DNA of 64,000 nucleotides. Origin: an uncultured Candidatus Saccharibacteria bacterium (GTDB lineage Bacteria > Patescibacteriota > Minisyncoccia > Minisyncoccales > JANBVM01). Below the pieces are notes generated by a model that made no database searches, was not told the DNA's origin, and saw nothing but the letters and a program-made list of their open reading frames with translations. Within the stretch, counting starts at the first letter, position 1. Every line of letters starts with the position of its first letter. The stretch lies in NCBI GenBank assembly GCA_964514375.1, contig CAZEQH010000003.1, positions 12 to 64,011 of the forward strand, given 5' to 3'. Shown here one piece after another: positions 41,205-50,804 of this stretch. The translations under genes were made by a program, and so were the position numbers.

Positions 41205-42284
41205 CTATTCTCGTTTTGGCACAGGATAAACGCCTGCCCATTTTTTCTCTCCCTTTTTGGCCCTTGTAATTTTAATAACGCTTTCTATTCTGGCTATTTC
41301 ATCATCTTCTCTTTTTGCAACACGGTCTAATGCGTCCTCAATTGTCGGGACCTCAGGCGTGGGTTTGAAATTACCTTTGCGGCATATTTTTTTACCGCTT
41401 TTTAAAGTAAATATGACTTTGTATACTCCCTCGGCACTGTGGGATTTTTTGCCTTTTGGTTTTAACTTGCCAATAAACTTACTCCCGTCTATAAAATCAA
41501 TGGTGAATTCCGATGTCGTTCCTGTTAATAGCATCTTGAATTTATCGATAGCATCCTGTATCCACAACTCCTTATCGTCCAAAGGACGAGGCATTTCGCC
41601 AAAATAATTCTTATGTTCATCCCAAACGGTTCCGTCATCCCAATAGACTATACGATGTTTTTTGTCTTCTCCGCATAAAAGCATACCCATACAGGTTTTT
41701 ATGGTCGGAAAACCATCATAATCCCTTACCACAAACTTACGATTAAAGCGGAAGATTGGGTCTTCAGCCATGTATTCAGAAAAAACAAAGTCACCAATGA
41801 TTATTTGCTCGCCAAAAGCATAAAACCAAGGGCTAAGCCCGTAGCAAGCAACTCTACGGATAAAGCCTTCCTCTTCAGTTATCCGTTTTGACTTACCGAA
41901 ACCAGCGCTCCAATTTTTTTCCCAAGCAGAAATTGCATTCCCAAGAGTTGAAAACTCACAAAATTCAGAACCGCCACAATTGTTGTATTCATGAATTACA
42001 TAGCCGCATCTTCCCTCTGGCGGATTCTTAATTTCCAAAGCCTCGATATAACCAAACGGACCTCCAGCATATTTGTGCTGTTCAATATCAAACCGCGTAT
42101 ATCTGCCAAATCCTCCATGTCCGACGTTAACTTCCTTGGTGATGGGGATTTCAATGGTTCTAATATTCTCTAAAAATTCTTTTACCTTATCAACGTCTTC
42201 TGAACGGCAGGAAAATTCAACCAATTGTCCGATACCAGTCTTTCCTTCGCCATAAGTATAAGACCTAAATTTATCTTCACTCAC
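41205..42284 (-). CDS. Hypothetical soluble protein (359 aa)
   Basis: Long clean ORF with no TM segments and no recognisable motif. First gene after a strong terminator. Confidence 0.55.
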   Translation of the reverse strand: MSEDKFRSYTYGEGKTGIGQLVEFSCRSEDVDKVKEFLENIRTIEIPITKEVNVGHGGFGRYTRFDIEQHKYAGGPFGYIEALEIKNPPEGRCGYVIHEYNNCGGSEFCEFSTLGNAISAWEKNWSAGFGKSKRITEEEGFIRRVACYGLSPWFYAFGEQIIIGDFVFSEYMAEDPIFRFNRKFVVRDYDGFPTIKTCMGMLLCGEDKKHRIVYWDDGTVWDEHKNYFGEMPRPLDDKELWIQDAIDKFKMLLTGTTSEFTIDFIDGSKFIGKLKPKGKKSHSAEGVYKVIFTLKSGKKICRKGNFKPTPEVPTIEDALDRVAKREDDEIARIESVIKITRAKKGEKKWAGVYPVPKRE

Positions 42285-42380
42285 TTTCTTGCACCTCTTT
42301 TATTTATTATGTTCCCTATGAAATTGTAAAAGAAAATCCCTTAAGGATACTGTAGCTTAATCTTTTTATCTAAAAAGTCA

Positions 42381-42407
42381 AAAAAAACCGCCCGGTGGGC
42401 GGCTTTT
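42381..42407 (-). terminator. Intrinsic terminator after the RRM-protein gene
   Basis: The minus strand reads CCGCCC-ACC-GGGCGG followed by TTTTTTTT. Confidence 0.8.
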
Positions 42408-42490
42408 CATTTAGGGTTCTAATATCAGAACCGTCTGATGTTCCGTTTCCAAATAAAAAATCTTCTTTTTCAAGAAGATTTTTTAATGAT

Positions 42491-42829
42491 TTAGTAACGG
42501 TCCCTACGGCCACCGAATCCCCGCCTGTCTCCGCCTCCACCGCCGTAATCGCGCTTAAATCTACCCTGGCTGGGACGAGACTCTTTCGGACGAGCTTCGT
42601 TTACCGTAATGGTTTTTCCGTCAAGCTCTGTACCGTTGAGAGTTTCAATGGCTTTTTGGGCCTCTTCTTCGGTTGACATCTCTACAAAACCGAATCCCTT
42701 GGAACGCCCGGACATTCTATCAAAGATAATGTCCGCTGTTTCAACGGTCCCTACCTGGGAAAAAGTTTCCTTCAGGGTTTCGTCCGTGGTTTCGTAGGAT
42801 AATCCTCCTACAAATAGTTTTTTTGCCAT
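42491..42829 (-). CDS. RRM-type RNA-binding protein with Gly/Arg-rich tail
   Basis: RNP2 LFVGGL and RNP1 KGFGFVEM motifs. C-terminal GGGGGDRRGFGGRR. Confidence 0.9.
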   Translation of the reverse strand: MAKKLFVGGLSYETTDETLKETFSQVGTVETADIIFDRMSGRSKGFGFVEMSTEEEAQKAIETLNGTELDGKTITVNEARPKESRPSQGRFKRDYGGGGGDRRGFGGRRDRY

Positions 42830-43049
42830 AAAATATTTATTTATATGAATAACACTAGCAAGCCGACCTTCCTATTTTATATCTCCAAGTTAATAAGCAA
42901 AGAAAATTAAATAAGAAACTTACTATTCTAAAACGATATCTCAAAATCAAGAAAAAATCAAGCTTCAATGAATTTGACTCTAATATTGTGCGTGGGTTAA
43001 TTGTCAGCAATCCTGGTCTCGAAAGCTTTGCCCTGACCTTGTCGAAGTG

Positions 43050-43120
43050 TTGCCAGGCTAGGATTCGAACCTAGATTACTGCGTCCAGAGCGCAGCGTCC
43101 TACCATTAGACGACCCGGCA
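43050..43120 (-). tRNA. tRNA-Gln (anticodon CUG)
   Basis: The reverse complement folds as a cloverleaf: acceptor TGCCGGG/CCTGGCA, anticodon arm CTGCG-CTCTGGA-CGCAG, T arm CTAGG-TTCGAAT-CCTAG. Confidence 0.85.
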
Positions 43121-43126
43121 ATGAAT

Positions 43127-43190
43127 GTTCAAAAGGTTCGAAGTTTGAAGCTCGCCCTGCATCCTACGTGGTGCGGGGTTTGATGTTAGA
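43127..43190. repeat. Repeat-family fragment directly upstream of tRNA-Gln
   Basis: GTTCAAA..GTTCGAA GTTTGAA heptads, then the GC hairpin CCCTGCA-N10-TGCGGGG. Confidence 0.6.
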
Positions 43191-43219
43191 TGTTAGTGAT
43201 TGGCAGCAGTCCTGTCAAA

Positions 43220-44128
43220 TTAATCTTCCAGATATTTGTGCACGGCAATGAGGCTGGAACCCATCCCCAGGACAATTCCCGTAGCCAGCTGGGTAAAAAG
43301 AATAGTCCAAACATTGCTCTGAAAAAGAGCGAAGACGTTGAGGTCGGTAAAGAAGTTCTCGATCTTGGGACTCAGAACCCAGAAAAAGGCCGCCATAAGC
43401 AGGAAGGAGATGGCCGTGGCTAAAATGCCGCAGATGGCTCCCTGGGCCAGGAAAGGGCCTCTGATGAACCAATTGGAAGCGCCCACCAGTTTCTGCACCT
43501 TAATTTCCTTTCTGGAGTTATAAATGGAAAGCCGGATGGTGTTGTAGGTTACGGCCACGGCCACCCCCACAAGGATAACGGCAATGCCTGCGCCTATCCG
43601 GGAAATAATGGAGTTAAAGGAATTCATCTTATCGATGACCACCTTCCTCTGGAAATAATCCACCTTTTCTATGGCGTTAATGAATTCGGGATTCTCCAGG
43701 AAATCAGATACTTTGTTATATTGGGTTGGGTCCCAGGCCTTAATGTTCAAGGATGCCAGGAAAGGATTTCTCCCCAGTTCATCTATTGACTGCATCAATA
43801 ACGATTCGTCCTGGTGCCTGTCTGTAAACTCCTCTAAAGCTTCCTCCTGAGAGACATATTCCACACTTTTCACTTCGGGAAAAGTGGCTAGCTGCTGCCT
43901 TATCTTTAGAATGTCTGTTTCCTCTATGCCCTCCTTGAAATAAACGGAAACGTCTATCTTCTCTTCCAGTTTGCTTATCAGGATTTGACTGATGTCCTTG
44001 AACAGGAAAAGAGAGCTGACCAGGGTAATGGACAGAAACAGAATGAAGACGGTAGCTGCTACTATTTCCCCGTCCCGGGAAAAGCTCTGCAACCCATAAC
44101 GTATTATTCTTCTTATTGCTGTAAACAT
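43220..44128 (-). CDS. ftsX: Cell division permease FtsX
   Basis: 302 aa. N-terminal TM helix, periplasmic domain, then 3 C-terminal TM helices. Downstream of ftsE. Confidence 0.85.
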   Translation of the reverse strand: MFTAIRRIIRYGLQSFSRDGEIVAATVFILFLSITLVSSLFLFKDISQILISKLEEKIDVSVYFKEGIEETDILKIRQQLATFPEVKSVEYVSQEEALEEFTDRHQDESLLMQSIDELGRNPFLASLNIKAWDPTQYNKVSDFLENPEFINAIEKVDYFQRKVVIDKMNSFNSIISRIGAGIAVILVGVAVAVTYNTIRLSIYNSRKEIKVQKLVGASNWFIRGPFLAQGAICGILATAISFLLMAAFFWVLSPKIENFFTDLNVFALFQSNVWTILFTQLATGIVLGMGSSLIAVHKYLED

Positions 44129-44161
44129 ATTCTCAATATTACTTATTGTTGAATGGTATGT

Positions 44162-44860
44162 CTATAGTACGAACCTGCCTCTCATATCATCCCTTATCAT
44201 CCGGCCGTTGTCCAGCGTTATTACCCTCCTCCCCAGCCTGTTAATTACGTCTTTGTTGTGGGTGGCTAAGATAATAGTGGTGCCCAGTTCGTGTATCTTA
44301 AGCAAAAGTTCAACGATTTCCAGGGTGTGATAGGGGTCAAGATTGCCCGTAGGCTCGTCTGCCAGTATCACATCGGGCCTGTGGATAAGAGCCCTGGCTA
44401 TGGCCACTCTCTGTTTTTCTCCACCTGAAAGCTCTGCCGGAAAATTATTAGCCTTGTTTCTCAAACCTACAATCTCCAGTATTTTGGGAACGTCCCTGGC
44501 TATCTCCTTTTCCGAGGCGCCGATTACTTCCATAACATAGGCGATGTTTTCATAAGCGGTCTTAGCCGGAAGCAGCTTGTAATCCTGGAAAACCACTCCT
44601 ATCTTTCTGCGTAGGTCGGGCAGGGCGTCGGGGCCTATCTTATGGATGTTCTGCTCTTCAAAATAGACCCGGCCTGAGGTGGGATACTCCTCGGCCAGCA
44701 GCAGCCTGAGCAAGGTAGTTTTGCCGGAACCTGACTTTCCCACCAAGGAAACAAATTCTTTAGGTTCCACTTCAAAGGAAACCTCATCCAAAGCTACCGT
44801 CGGCTTACAGCCGGGCAGGTTCGCATTATATATTTTGGTAACTTTTTGAAACTTAATCAC
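44162..44860 (-). CDS. ftsE: Cell division ATP-binding protein FtsE
   Basis: Walker [13 protein letters not shown] signature LSGGEKQR, Walker [12 protein letters not shown]. Confidence 0.9.
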   Translation of the reverse strand: MIKFQKVTKIYNANLPGCKPTVALDEVSFEVEPKEFVSLVGKSGSGKTTLLRLLLAEEYPTSGRVYFEEQNIHKIGPDALPDLRRKIGVVFQDYKLLPAKTAYENIAYVMEVIGASEKEIARDVPKILEIVGLRNKANNFPAELSGGEKQRVAIARALIHRPDVILADEPTGNLDPYHTLEIVELLLKIHELGTTIILATHNKDVINRLGRRVITLDNGRMIRDDMRGRFVL

Positions 44861-44873
44861 TTTTATTGATGGT

Positions 44874-45948
44874 TTATTCTTTGAGCCTTATCTCTGCCTG
44901 GACAAACTCTTCCAGGTCTCCGTCCAGTACTTTTTCCACCTGGGTCGTCTCTACTCCAGTCCTAACGTCTTTGACCAGTTTGTAGGGATGAAGAACATAA
45001 TTCCTTATCTGGTTTCCCCAACTGGCTGAGACCCTTCCTCCTTTAATCTGAGACACGGCTGTTTTCCGTTTTTTTTGATAATAATCGTAAATCCTGGAAT
45101 AGAGAAGCTCCATGGCCTTCTCCCGATTTTGGACCTGTGACCGTTCCGACTGACAGGAAGCCGCTATGCCTGTTGGCAGATGGCTAATCCTGACAGCTGT
45201 TTCCCTCTTGTTGACGTACTGTCCTCCGGGACCGGAAGCCCGGTAAAAATCGGTTTTCAGGTCTTCCTCTTTTATATTTATGTCTGACTTGGAAAAGTCT
45301 TTAATCTTGGGAGTAATTTCAACCAGGCAGAAAGAGGTATGGCGCAGACTCTTGGCAGAAAAAGGGGAAATCCTTACCAGCCGGTGCACTCCGCTTTCCT
45401 TTTTAAGCAGGCCGTAGGCATATTTACCCATCACTTCAAGGACAGCTGTTTTGATTCCAATTCTGCCTTCAGGGCCACCTCCTTCTCCGAACGATTGGTG
45501 AAGGATTGTCGCCTTGAACCTTTTTATTTGGCAGTACCTTTCGTACATCCTCAGCAGCATAGCCGCCCAGTCTTCAGCATCCTGCCCTCCGGCTCCCGAA
45601 TAAATGGAAAGAAGTGCTCCGCCTTCGTCGTATTTTCCGGAAAAAAACAGCATCGTTTCCTTCTCGGTAATCTTTGCCGCAAGGCTTTTCAATTCCGTTT
45701 CGTTCCCTTCTTTTAATTCAGTTATTCTTTTTTGAAGTTCCCTAAAATCTTCGGTCTCTTCTTTCAGCTCGTTGAACTCCTGGGAAAATTTTACCGCCTT
45801 TTCCTTGTCCTGCCAGAGAGCAGGGTCCTGCATTTCCTCTTCCAGCTCTTTTAATCTCTTTTCTTTAGCGGCAAAGTCAAAGACGGTCCGCCAAAAGGCG
45901 GATTTTATCCTGCAGTTCTTTGACTTTTCCCGTTTGCTCTTCTTCCAT
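44874..45948 (-). CDS. prfB: Peptide chain release factor 2, expressed via programmed +1 frameshift
   Basis: ATG at 45948. 23 codons (MEEEQTGKVKELQDKIRLLADRL) end at CTT TGA C (45882..45876). The +1 frame continues DFAAKEKRLKELEEE-MQDPALW into the 319-aa track ORF. SPF and GGQ motifs are present. Confidence 0.9.
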
Positions 45949-45991
45949 AATATCCAAGCTTTCTGTAATTAGATTATATAGTAAAAACCCC

Positions 45992-46022
45992 AAAAATTAA
46001 AGAGTCTTTTTTTAGAGACTCT
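45992..46022 (-). terminator. Candidate terminator after the tRNA pair
   Basis: Stem AGAGTCT (46001..46007) / AGACTCT (46016..46022). On the minus strand it is followed by TTAATTTTT. Confidence 0.45.
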
Positions 46023-46035
46023 CCAATGCGCTTTG

Positions 46036-46107
46036 AGCCGCCTCTCGGGTTTGAACCGAGGACCTAACGCTTACGAAGCGTTTGCTCTACCACTGAGCTA
46101 AGGCGGC
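46036..46107 (-). tRNA. tRNA-Thr (anticodon CGU)
   Basis: Cloverleaf: acceptor GCCGCCT/AGGCGGC, anticodon arm AACGC-TTCGTAA-GCGTT, T arm CTCGG-TTCAAAC-CCGAG. Confidence 0.9.
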
Positions 46108-46128
46108 ATAAAAATTAGGATGCTTTTG

Positions 46129-46199
46129 AGCAGGTGACGGGAATCGAACCCGCATAGCTTGCTTGGGAAGCAAGTACACTGCCATTGTGTTACACCTGC
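46129..46199 (-). tRNA. tRNA-Gly (anticodon CCC)
   Basis: Cloverleaf: acceptor GCAGGTG/CACCTGC, anticodon arm CTTGC-TTCCCAA-GCAAG, T arm GCGGG-TTCGATT-CCCGT. Confidence 0.85.
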
Positions 46200-46217
46200 C
46201 TGTTCTGGAGGATTATT

Positions 46218-46628
46218 CTACTGCGGGTTCATCCTTTCCCAAATACTCTTAATTTCATCCCATAACTTTTCCGAGAAACTCTTTTCGATCGAGGCTTGTT
46301 CTGCAGAATTCTCCGGAGGCGGAATAACCACTACGGCATTTTCTCCTTCTTTAACGTATCCCTGCCCTCGGGCTTTCTCCTCCCAGTAGACATCTTTCTG
46401 GGTTTCCGAAATACCTGTTTCAAATTTTTCTTTCTCTTCCTCCAGGGTCTGGATCTGCGCCTTCAGGTCGTCTATTTTCTGGTTCAGCTCGTCTCTCTTC
46501 CTGCCCATCTTCACGTTTGAATAAATAAGAGCTCCTGCAAAAAATGCTACCAACAGGAAGAGCACTACCCAAAAAATGATGTCTTCTTTGGCGGAGGTCT
46601 TTCTTTTTTTATTTGATTTTGGTATCAT
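46218..46628 (-). CDS. FtsB/DivIC-like septum formation protein (bitopic, coiled coil)
   Basis: From the internal Met (46628): basic N-terminus, one TM helix, then the coiled coil RKRDELNQKIDDLKAQIQTLEEEKEKF. The track ORF extends to 46733. Confidence 0.6.
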   Translation of the reverse strand: MIPKSNKKRKTSAKEDIIFWVVLFLLVAFFAGALIYSNVKMGRKRDELNQKIDDLKAQIQTLEEEKEKFETGISETQKDVYWEEKARGQGYVKEGENAVVVIPPPENSAEQASIEKSFSEKLWDEIKSIWERMNPQ

Positions 46629-46887
46629 AGATTTGACAAAATGTGCTTGTCTCAAAAAAATGATAAGTAATAAATCAAAAAAAGCAATCAGGTTCTTTTG
46701 GATTATCGTAGTCAGTCTGGTAGTACTCAGCACTATCCTCTTTTTGATACAGCCTCTCTTTGGATACTAATAGAATTTTAGATAATTTTCAATCCGCAGC
46801 CGTAACTTTTTGTTGCGGCCTTTTCTTGACAATTGCCTGGACGGGATGTAAAAGATTAATTACAACAGAAGAATAGATGTTTAAAAA

Positions 46888-47211
46888 ATGAGTTGGAATA
46901 TGGAATTTTTGGAAACAGCAGGAATATCTCCTACTATCATAAAAGAAAGAAAAATAAACGAACCAATATTAAAGATGGTTAACCTTTATAGAAAACCCGA
47001 AGGACTGAGAAAGATATTCTTAGAAACAGCGACAGACAAGCCAGATATTCTCAAAATAGAAGACGTTACCGAAACAGTAAGCACAGTTTTTTTAGATAGT
47101 GAAGACATAGATAAGGTAATTAAGAAAGAAATCGGAGAGAAATATAAGGTAACTACGTTAAGGGTAAATTTTGCCCATAAATTTCTAAAGGTAGTAGGGA
47201 CTAATAAATAA
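46888..47211 (+). CDS. Orphan hypothetical protein (107 aa), one of very few plus-strand ORFs
   Basis: Non-overlapping ORF in a gap between minus-strand genes, followed by a hairpin and T-run. No family recognised and no strong promoter or SD seen. Confidence 0.4.
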   Translation: MSWNMEFLETAGISPTIIKERKINEPILKMVNLYRKPEGLRKIFLETATDKPDILKIEDVTETVSTVFLDSEDIDKVIKKEIGEKYKVTTLRVNFAHKFLKVVGTNK

Positions 47212-47264
47212 AATATTTTTTATTTAACAGACGACTTCAGTTAAAAAAGCTTTAGTCGTTTTTT

Positions 47265-49037
47265 TTAACTTTTAAACATCTCTAAAAATACCTCGGAAGG
47301 GATATGTACCTCTCCCCTTGCTTTCAATTTCTTTTTTCCTTTCTTCTGCTTTTCCAGCAGTTTCTTCTTGCGCGTATAATCTCCCCCGTAAAGCGGAGCG
47401 GTAACGTCTTTCCTCTTGGCTTTTTTCGTTTCCCGGGCTATTATCTTCCCGGAAAGGGCTGCCTGAATGGCCACGGAAAAAAGCTGATTAGGAAGGATAT
47501 CCTTAAGTTTTGCGGTCATTTTTTTACCTTCGGCAAAGGCATCTTCCCGGTCAACAATCCTGGAAAAGATATCTTCTTTTTTCCCGGCAATCAGGATATC
47601 CAGCTTAATCAGGTCTCCTCTGCGGTATCCCAGAACCTCATAATTCATGGAGGCAAATCCCTGGGTGACTCCCTTAAGCTTATCAAAAAATCCTGCTATC
47701 ACCTTTCTCAAGGGAACCTCATAAACCAGTACCAATCGTTCCTGCCCAAGATATCTGGTGTCCATCTGAACCCCCTTCGTTGATTCCAGTATATCCAGTA
47801 CTTTGCCGAGATAATCAGCCGGAGTAATAACTTCAAGTTTAGCCCAGGGCTCCTGGATTTCCCGTATTCCAGAGATATCGGGCCAATCGGCGGCAGAATA
47901 AATGAATTCTTCTTTCCCGTTATCGTGGATTATTTTATAAACCACCGAGGGCGTGGAGATTATAAGGTCTAAATCGTACTCCCTCCTTATCCTCTCGCAG
48001 GTTATCTCAGCGTGCAGAGAACCCAGAAACCCGCACCTGAAACCGCGGCCCAGGAATTCCTTTTTCTCCACTTCAAAGGTAAGGGCGGCGTCGTTCAATT
48101 TCAGCTTATTAAGTGCATCCTTTAAAGTTTCGAAATCATCAGGGTCCTCCGGGTACAGGGAAGCAAAAACCATTGGTTTGGCCTTCTTGTATCCTGACAA
48201 AGGAATAATGTCACGGGTCTTAGGTTTTGTGATGGTTTCCCCTGTACTGATTTGGGTAGATTCCTTTACGCCTGTGGCTATATATCCTATTTCTCCGGCC
48301 TTCAATTCCTTACAGGCCTTTAGGGTAGGAGAAAAATAACCTACTTCCCTAACCTGGGTTTCTATGCCGGCCTGCTTCAGATAAATCTTTTCCCCTGCTT
48401 TAATATTCCCGTCAAACAGTCTCACGTAGGCTATTATACCTTTATAGGAGTCGTAGGCAGAATCGAAAATAAGGGCTTTAAGGGGTTTGTCTGAGTCACC
48501 CTCGGGCGGAGGAACCATCTTGACCACCGCCTCGAGAAGGTCCCTAACGTTGGTGCCGAGTTTTCCGGAGATAGCGAATATCTTTTCTATCGGTACTCCG
48601 AGAAGCTCTGATATTTCCCTTTTGGTTTCTTCGGGTTTGGAATATGTCAGGTCTATCTTGTTGATGGCAGGGATAATGACCAGATTTTCTTTTCTAGCAA
48701 GCTCCAGATTGGCCAAGGTCTGGGCCTGGACCCCCTTGGAAACGTCTACCAGAAGGATTCCTCCTTCCACTGCCGCCAGACTTCTGGAAACCTCATAGTT
48801 AAAATCAACGTGTCCCGGAGTGTCGATAAGGTTAAGGGTATAAGGACCAAATTTCATTTTCACGGGCTGCATTTTAATGGTGATGCCCTTTTCTCTTTCC
48901 AAGTCCATCATATCAAGGAATTGGGAGCGCATTTTCTCTTTGGGGACGGTATTAGTTAATTCTAAAAACCTATCTGCCAAGGTAGATTTTCCATGGTCTA
49001 TATGTGAAATGATGACAAAGTTTCTTATATTTTCCAT
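47265..49037 (-). CDS. lepA: Translation elongation factor 4 (LepA)
   Basis: G-domain IISHIDHGKSTLADR and DTPGHVDF, plus the LepA-specific C-terminal domain. Confidence 0.95.
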   Translation of the reverse strand: MENIRNFVIISHIDHGKSTLADRFLELTNTVPKEKMRSQFLDMMDLEREKGITIKMQPVKMKFGPYTLNLIDTPGHVDFNYEVSRSLAAVEGGILLVDVSKGVQAQTLANLELARKENLVIIPAINKIDLTYSKPEETKREISELLGVPIEKIFAISGKLGTNVRDLLEAVVKMVPPPEGDSDKPLKALIFDSAYDSYKGIIAYVRLFDGNIKAGEKIYLKQAGIETQVREVGYFSPTLKACKELKAGEIGYIATGVKESTQISTGETITKPKTRDIIPLSGYKKAKPMVFASLYPEDPDDFETLKDALNKLKLNDAALTFEVEKKEFLGRGFRCGFLGSLHAEITCERIRREYDLDLIISTPSVVYKIIHDNGKEEFIYSAADWPDISGIREIQEPWAKLEVITPADYLGKVLDILESTKGVQMDTRYLGQERLVLVYEVPLRKVIAGFFDKLKGVTQGFASMNYEVLGYRRGDLIKLDILIAGKKEDIFSRIVDREDAFAEGKKMTAKLKDILPNQLFSVAIQAALSGKIIARETKKAKRKDVTAPLYGGDYTRKKKLLEKQKKGKKKLKARGEVHIPSEVFLEMFKS

Positions 49038-49041
49038 ACTG

Positions 49042-50688
49042 TCAGGACTTACGGAATAAAAAGATTACTTCTTTCGCTTCTTCCAATCCTAAAACCAGGT
49101 TTGTGGCCTCATAAACCAGAAATCCGATGATGGAAACCGCCGCCGCCTTCGACAAAGCACCTTCCAGGGTACCAGCGTCCAGAGCAGATGATACCCTATC
49201 GGAAACTGCGATACTGACTACCGCCATTACGAGAGATGCTAAAAATATCTTTACGAGGAAACTGGAGATGTTCTTGGTTTCAGGCTTCTCTGCTTTTCTC
49301 CCGAAAAAAATAACGAGGAGGATGAGCTGAAATATACTGCTGATAGAAAATGCCAAGGGTAATCCTAGGACCGAAATTCCCTGAACATTCGGCAGATTAA
49401 AACTTTCTATCAGGAAGCCGTGCAAAAAGTTATTGTTTTCCAAAATTCCGGTGAGGGCCAGGCTGAGAACGATATTGACGGCCATGGAAATAACGGCAAT
49501 CTGGGTAGGCGTCCTGGTGTCCTGGAGGGCAAAGAAGGCTCTGAAAAAAATCAATATCAGGCCCGAGGCAAAGACTCCAAAACAGAACAGCCCGATGGCG
49601 GCAGCCGTCAGATCGGCTGCGGCTGCGGAAAACTGTCCGTGCCTCAATAAAACCGTAACTACCTCATTCCTCAGAATGAACATCAAAATACTCGTAGGAA
49701 TTATCAGATACAAAGCCTGCCTCACAACGGACAGGAAGCCTTCTATAAATTCTTCCTTCCTGTGCTCCGCCCAATGCTTGGAAAGAGTGGGAAAAACAGC
49801 CATGGCAAAAGAGGCCGCAATAATTCCTATGGGAAAATATTGGATGTTATTGGCAAAATTGAATACCGAGATGGAACCTTCCGGCAAAGTGGAAGCAATG
49901 GCGTTAATGACAATAAGATTTATCTGGGAAGCTGCGATGCCGAAGGTTCTGGGAACCATCAGCAGAAATGCTTTTTTTATCCTGCTGTCCTTAAAATCCA
50001 GTATCGGCCTCCATGAAAACCCGCACTGCAAAGCGGCCGGCACCTGAACGGCAAAATGTAAAAAAGCTCCCATGACAACGCCTAAAGCAACCCCCAGAAT
50101 ACCCATCCTGGGCGCTAAGAAAACGATACCGAATATTATTCCCAGGTTGTAGAAAACCGGACAGAGGCTGTATACCAGAAAGCGGTTAAAGTACTGCAGG
50201 ACGCCGGAGAGCATAGAGCTAAGCCCGAAAAAAATAGGGCTTAAGAACATCAGGCGAGTAAGGGTAATAGTTTCCCGAACCTGCCAAGGTTCAAAGCCCG
50301 GAGCAATCAGCACAACCAGTTGAGGAGTAAGCAGGAAAAGAAAAAAACTGACGGCTATCAGCATGACCAAGAATACGTTCAAAGAGTTAACGGCAAAATG
50401 CCAAGCTTCCTTTTCGTCCCGTGAAAAATATTCCGAAAAAAGAGGCAGGAAAGCCACCAGTACCCCGCCCAATATCAAAACATTATATACTAAATCCGGC
50501 ACCTTGAAAGCGGCAAAATAAACATCCAGTTCCGGTCCCGCTCCAAAGCTCCTGGCCAAAAGCCAATCCCTTGCTATGCCTAAAATGCGGCTCACTAAGG
50601 CAGAAACAGCCAGGATGCCTCCTGCCTGAGCTACGGTATTTGTTTGGTGATTTAAAAACCTATTCAAGGGCATATTTCTGAATGTCAT
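49042..50688 (-). CDS. murJ: Lipid II flippase MurJ (MviN)
   Basis: 548 aa, about 14 TM helices. N-terminal LSRILGIARDWLLARSFGAG is typical of MurJ. Confidence 0.9.
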   Translation of the reverse strand: MTFRNMPLNRFLNHQTNTVAQAGGILAVSALVSRILGIARDWLLARSFGAGPELDVYFAAFKVPDLVYNVLILGGVLVAFLPLFSEYFSRDEKEAWHFAVNSLNVFLVMLIAVSFFLFLLTPQLVVLIAPGFEPWQVRETITLTRLMFLSPIFFGLSSMLSGVLQYFNRFLVYSLCPVFYNLGIIFGIVFLAPRMGILGVALGVVMGAFLHFAVQVPAALQCGFSWRPILDFKDSRIKKAFLLMVPRTFGIAASQINLIVINAIASTLPEGSISVFNFANNIQYFPIGIIAASFAMAVFPTLSKHWAEHRKEEFIEGFLSVVRQALYLIIPTSILMFILRNEVVTVLLRHGQFSAAAADLTAAAIGLFCFGVFASGLILIFFRAFFALQDTRTPTQIAVISMAVNIVLSLALTGILENNNFLHGFLIESFNLPNVQGISVLGLPLAFSISSIFQLILLVIFFGRKAEKPETKNISSFLVKIFLASLVMAVVSIAVSDRVSSALDAGTLEGALSKAAAVSIIGFLVYEATNLVLGLEEAKEVIFLFRKS

Positions 50689-50770
50689 TTCCTCCCTTTT
50701 ACTAAAATCAGTATAGAATAAAGAACGCTTTTTGTATATGTTTTTAGTGGAAAATATGGGGAAATCTTTA

Positions 50771-50799
50771 TTGACAATAAACTTAATAATTGATATAAT
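50771..50799 (+). promoter_or_regulatory. Consensus sigma70 promoter of rnpB
   Basis: TTGACA (50771..50776), a 17-nt spacer, then TATAAT (50794..50799). The P1 stem of RNase P RNA starts 6 nt downstream. Confidence 0.7.
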
Positions 50800-50804
50800 A
50801 GGGT

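Noticed and set aside
38760-43120. Integrated mobile element at tRNA-Gln
   Set aside because: No integrase, recombinase or phage gene was recognised. I could not find a direct repeat of the tRNA 3' end bounding the island.
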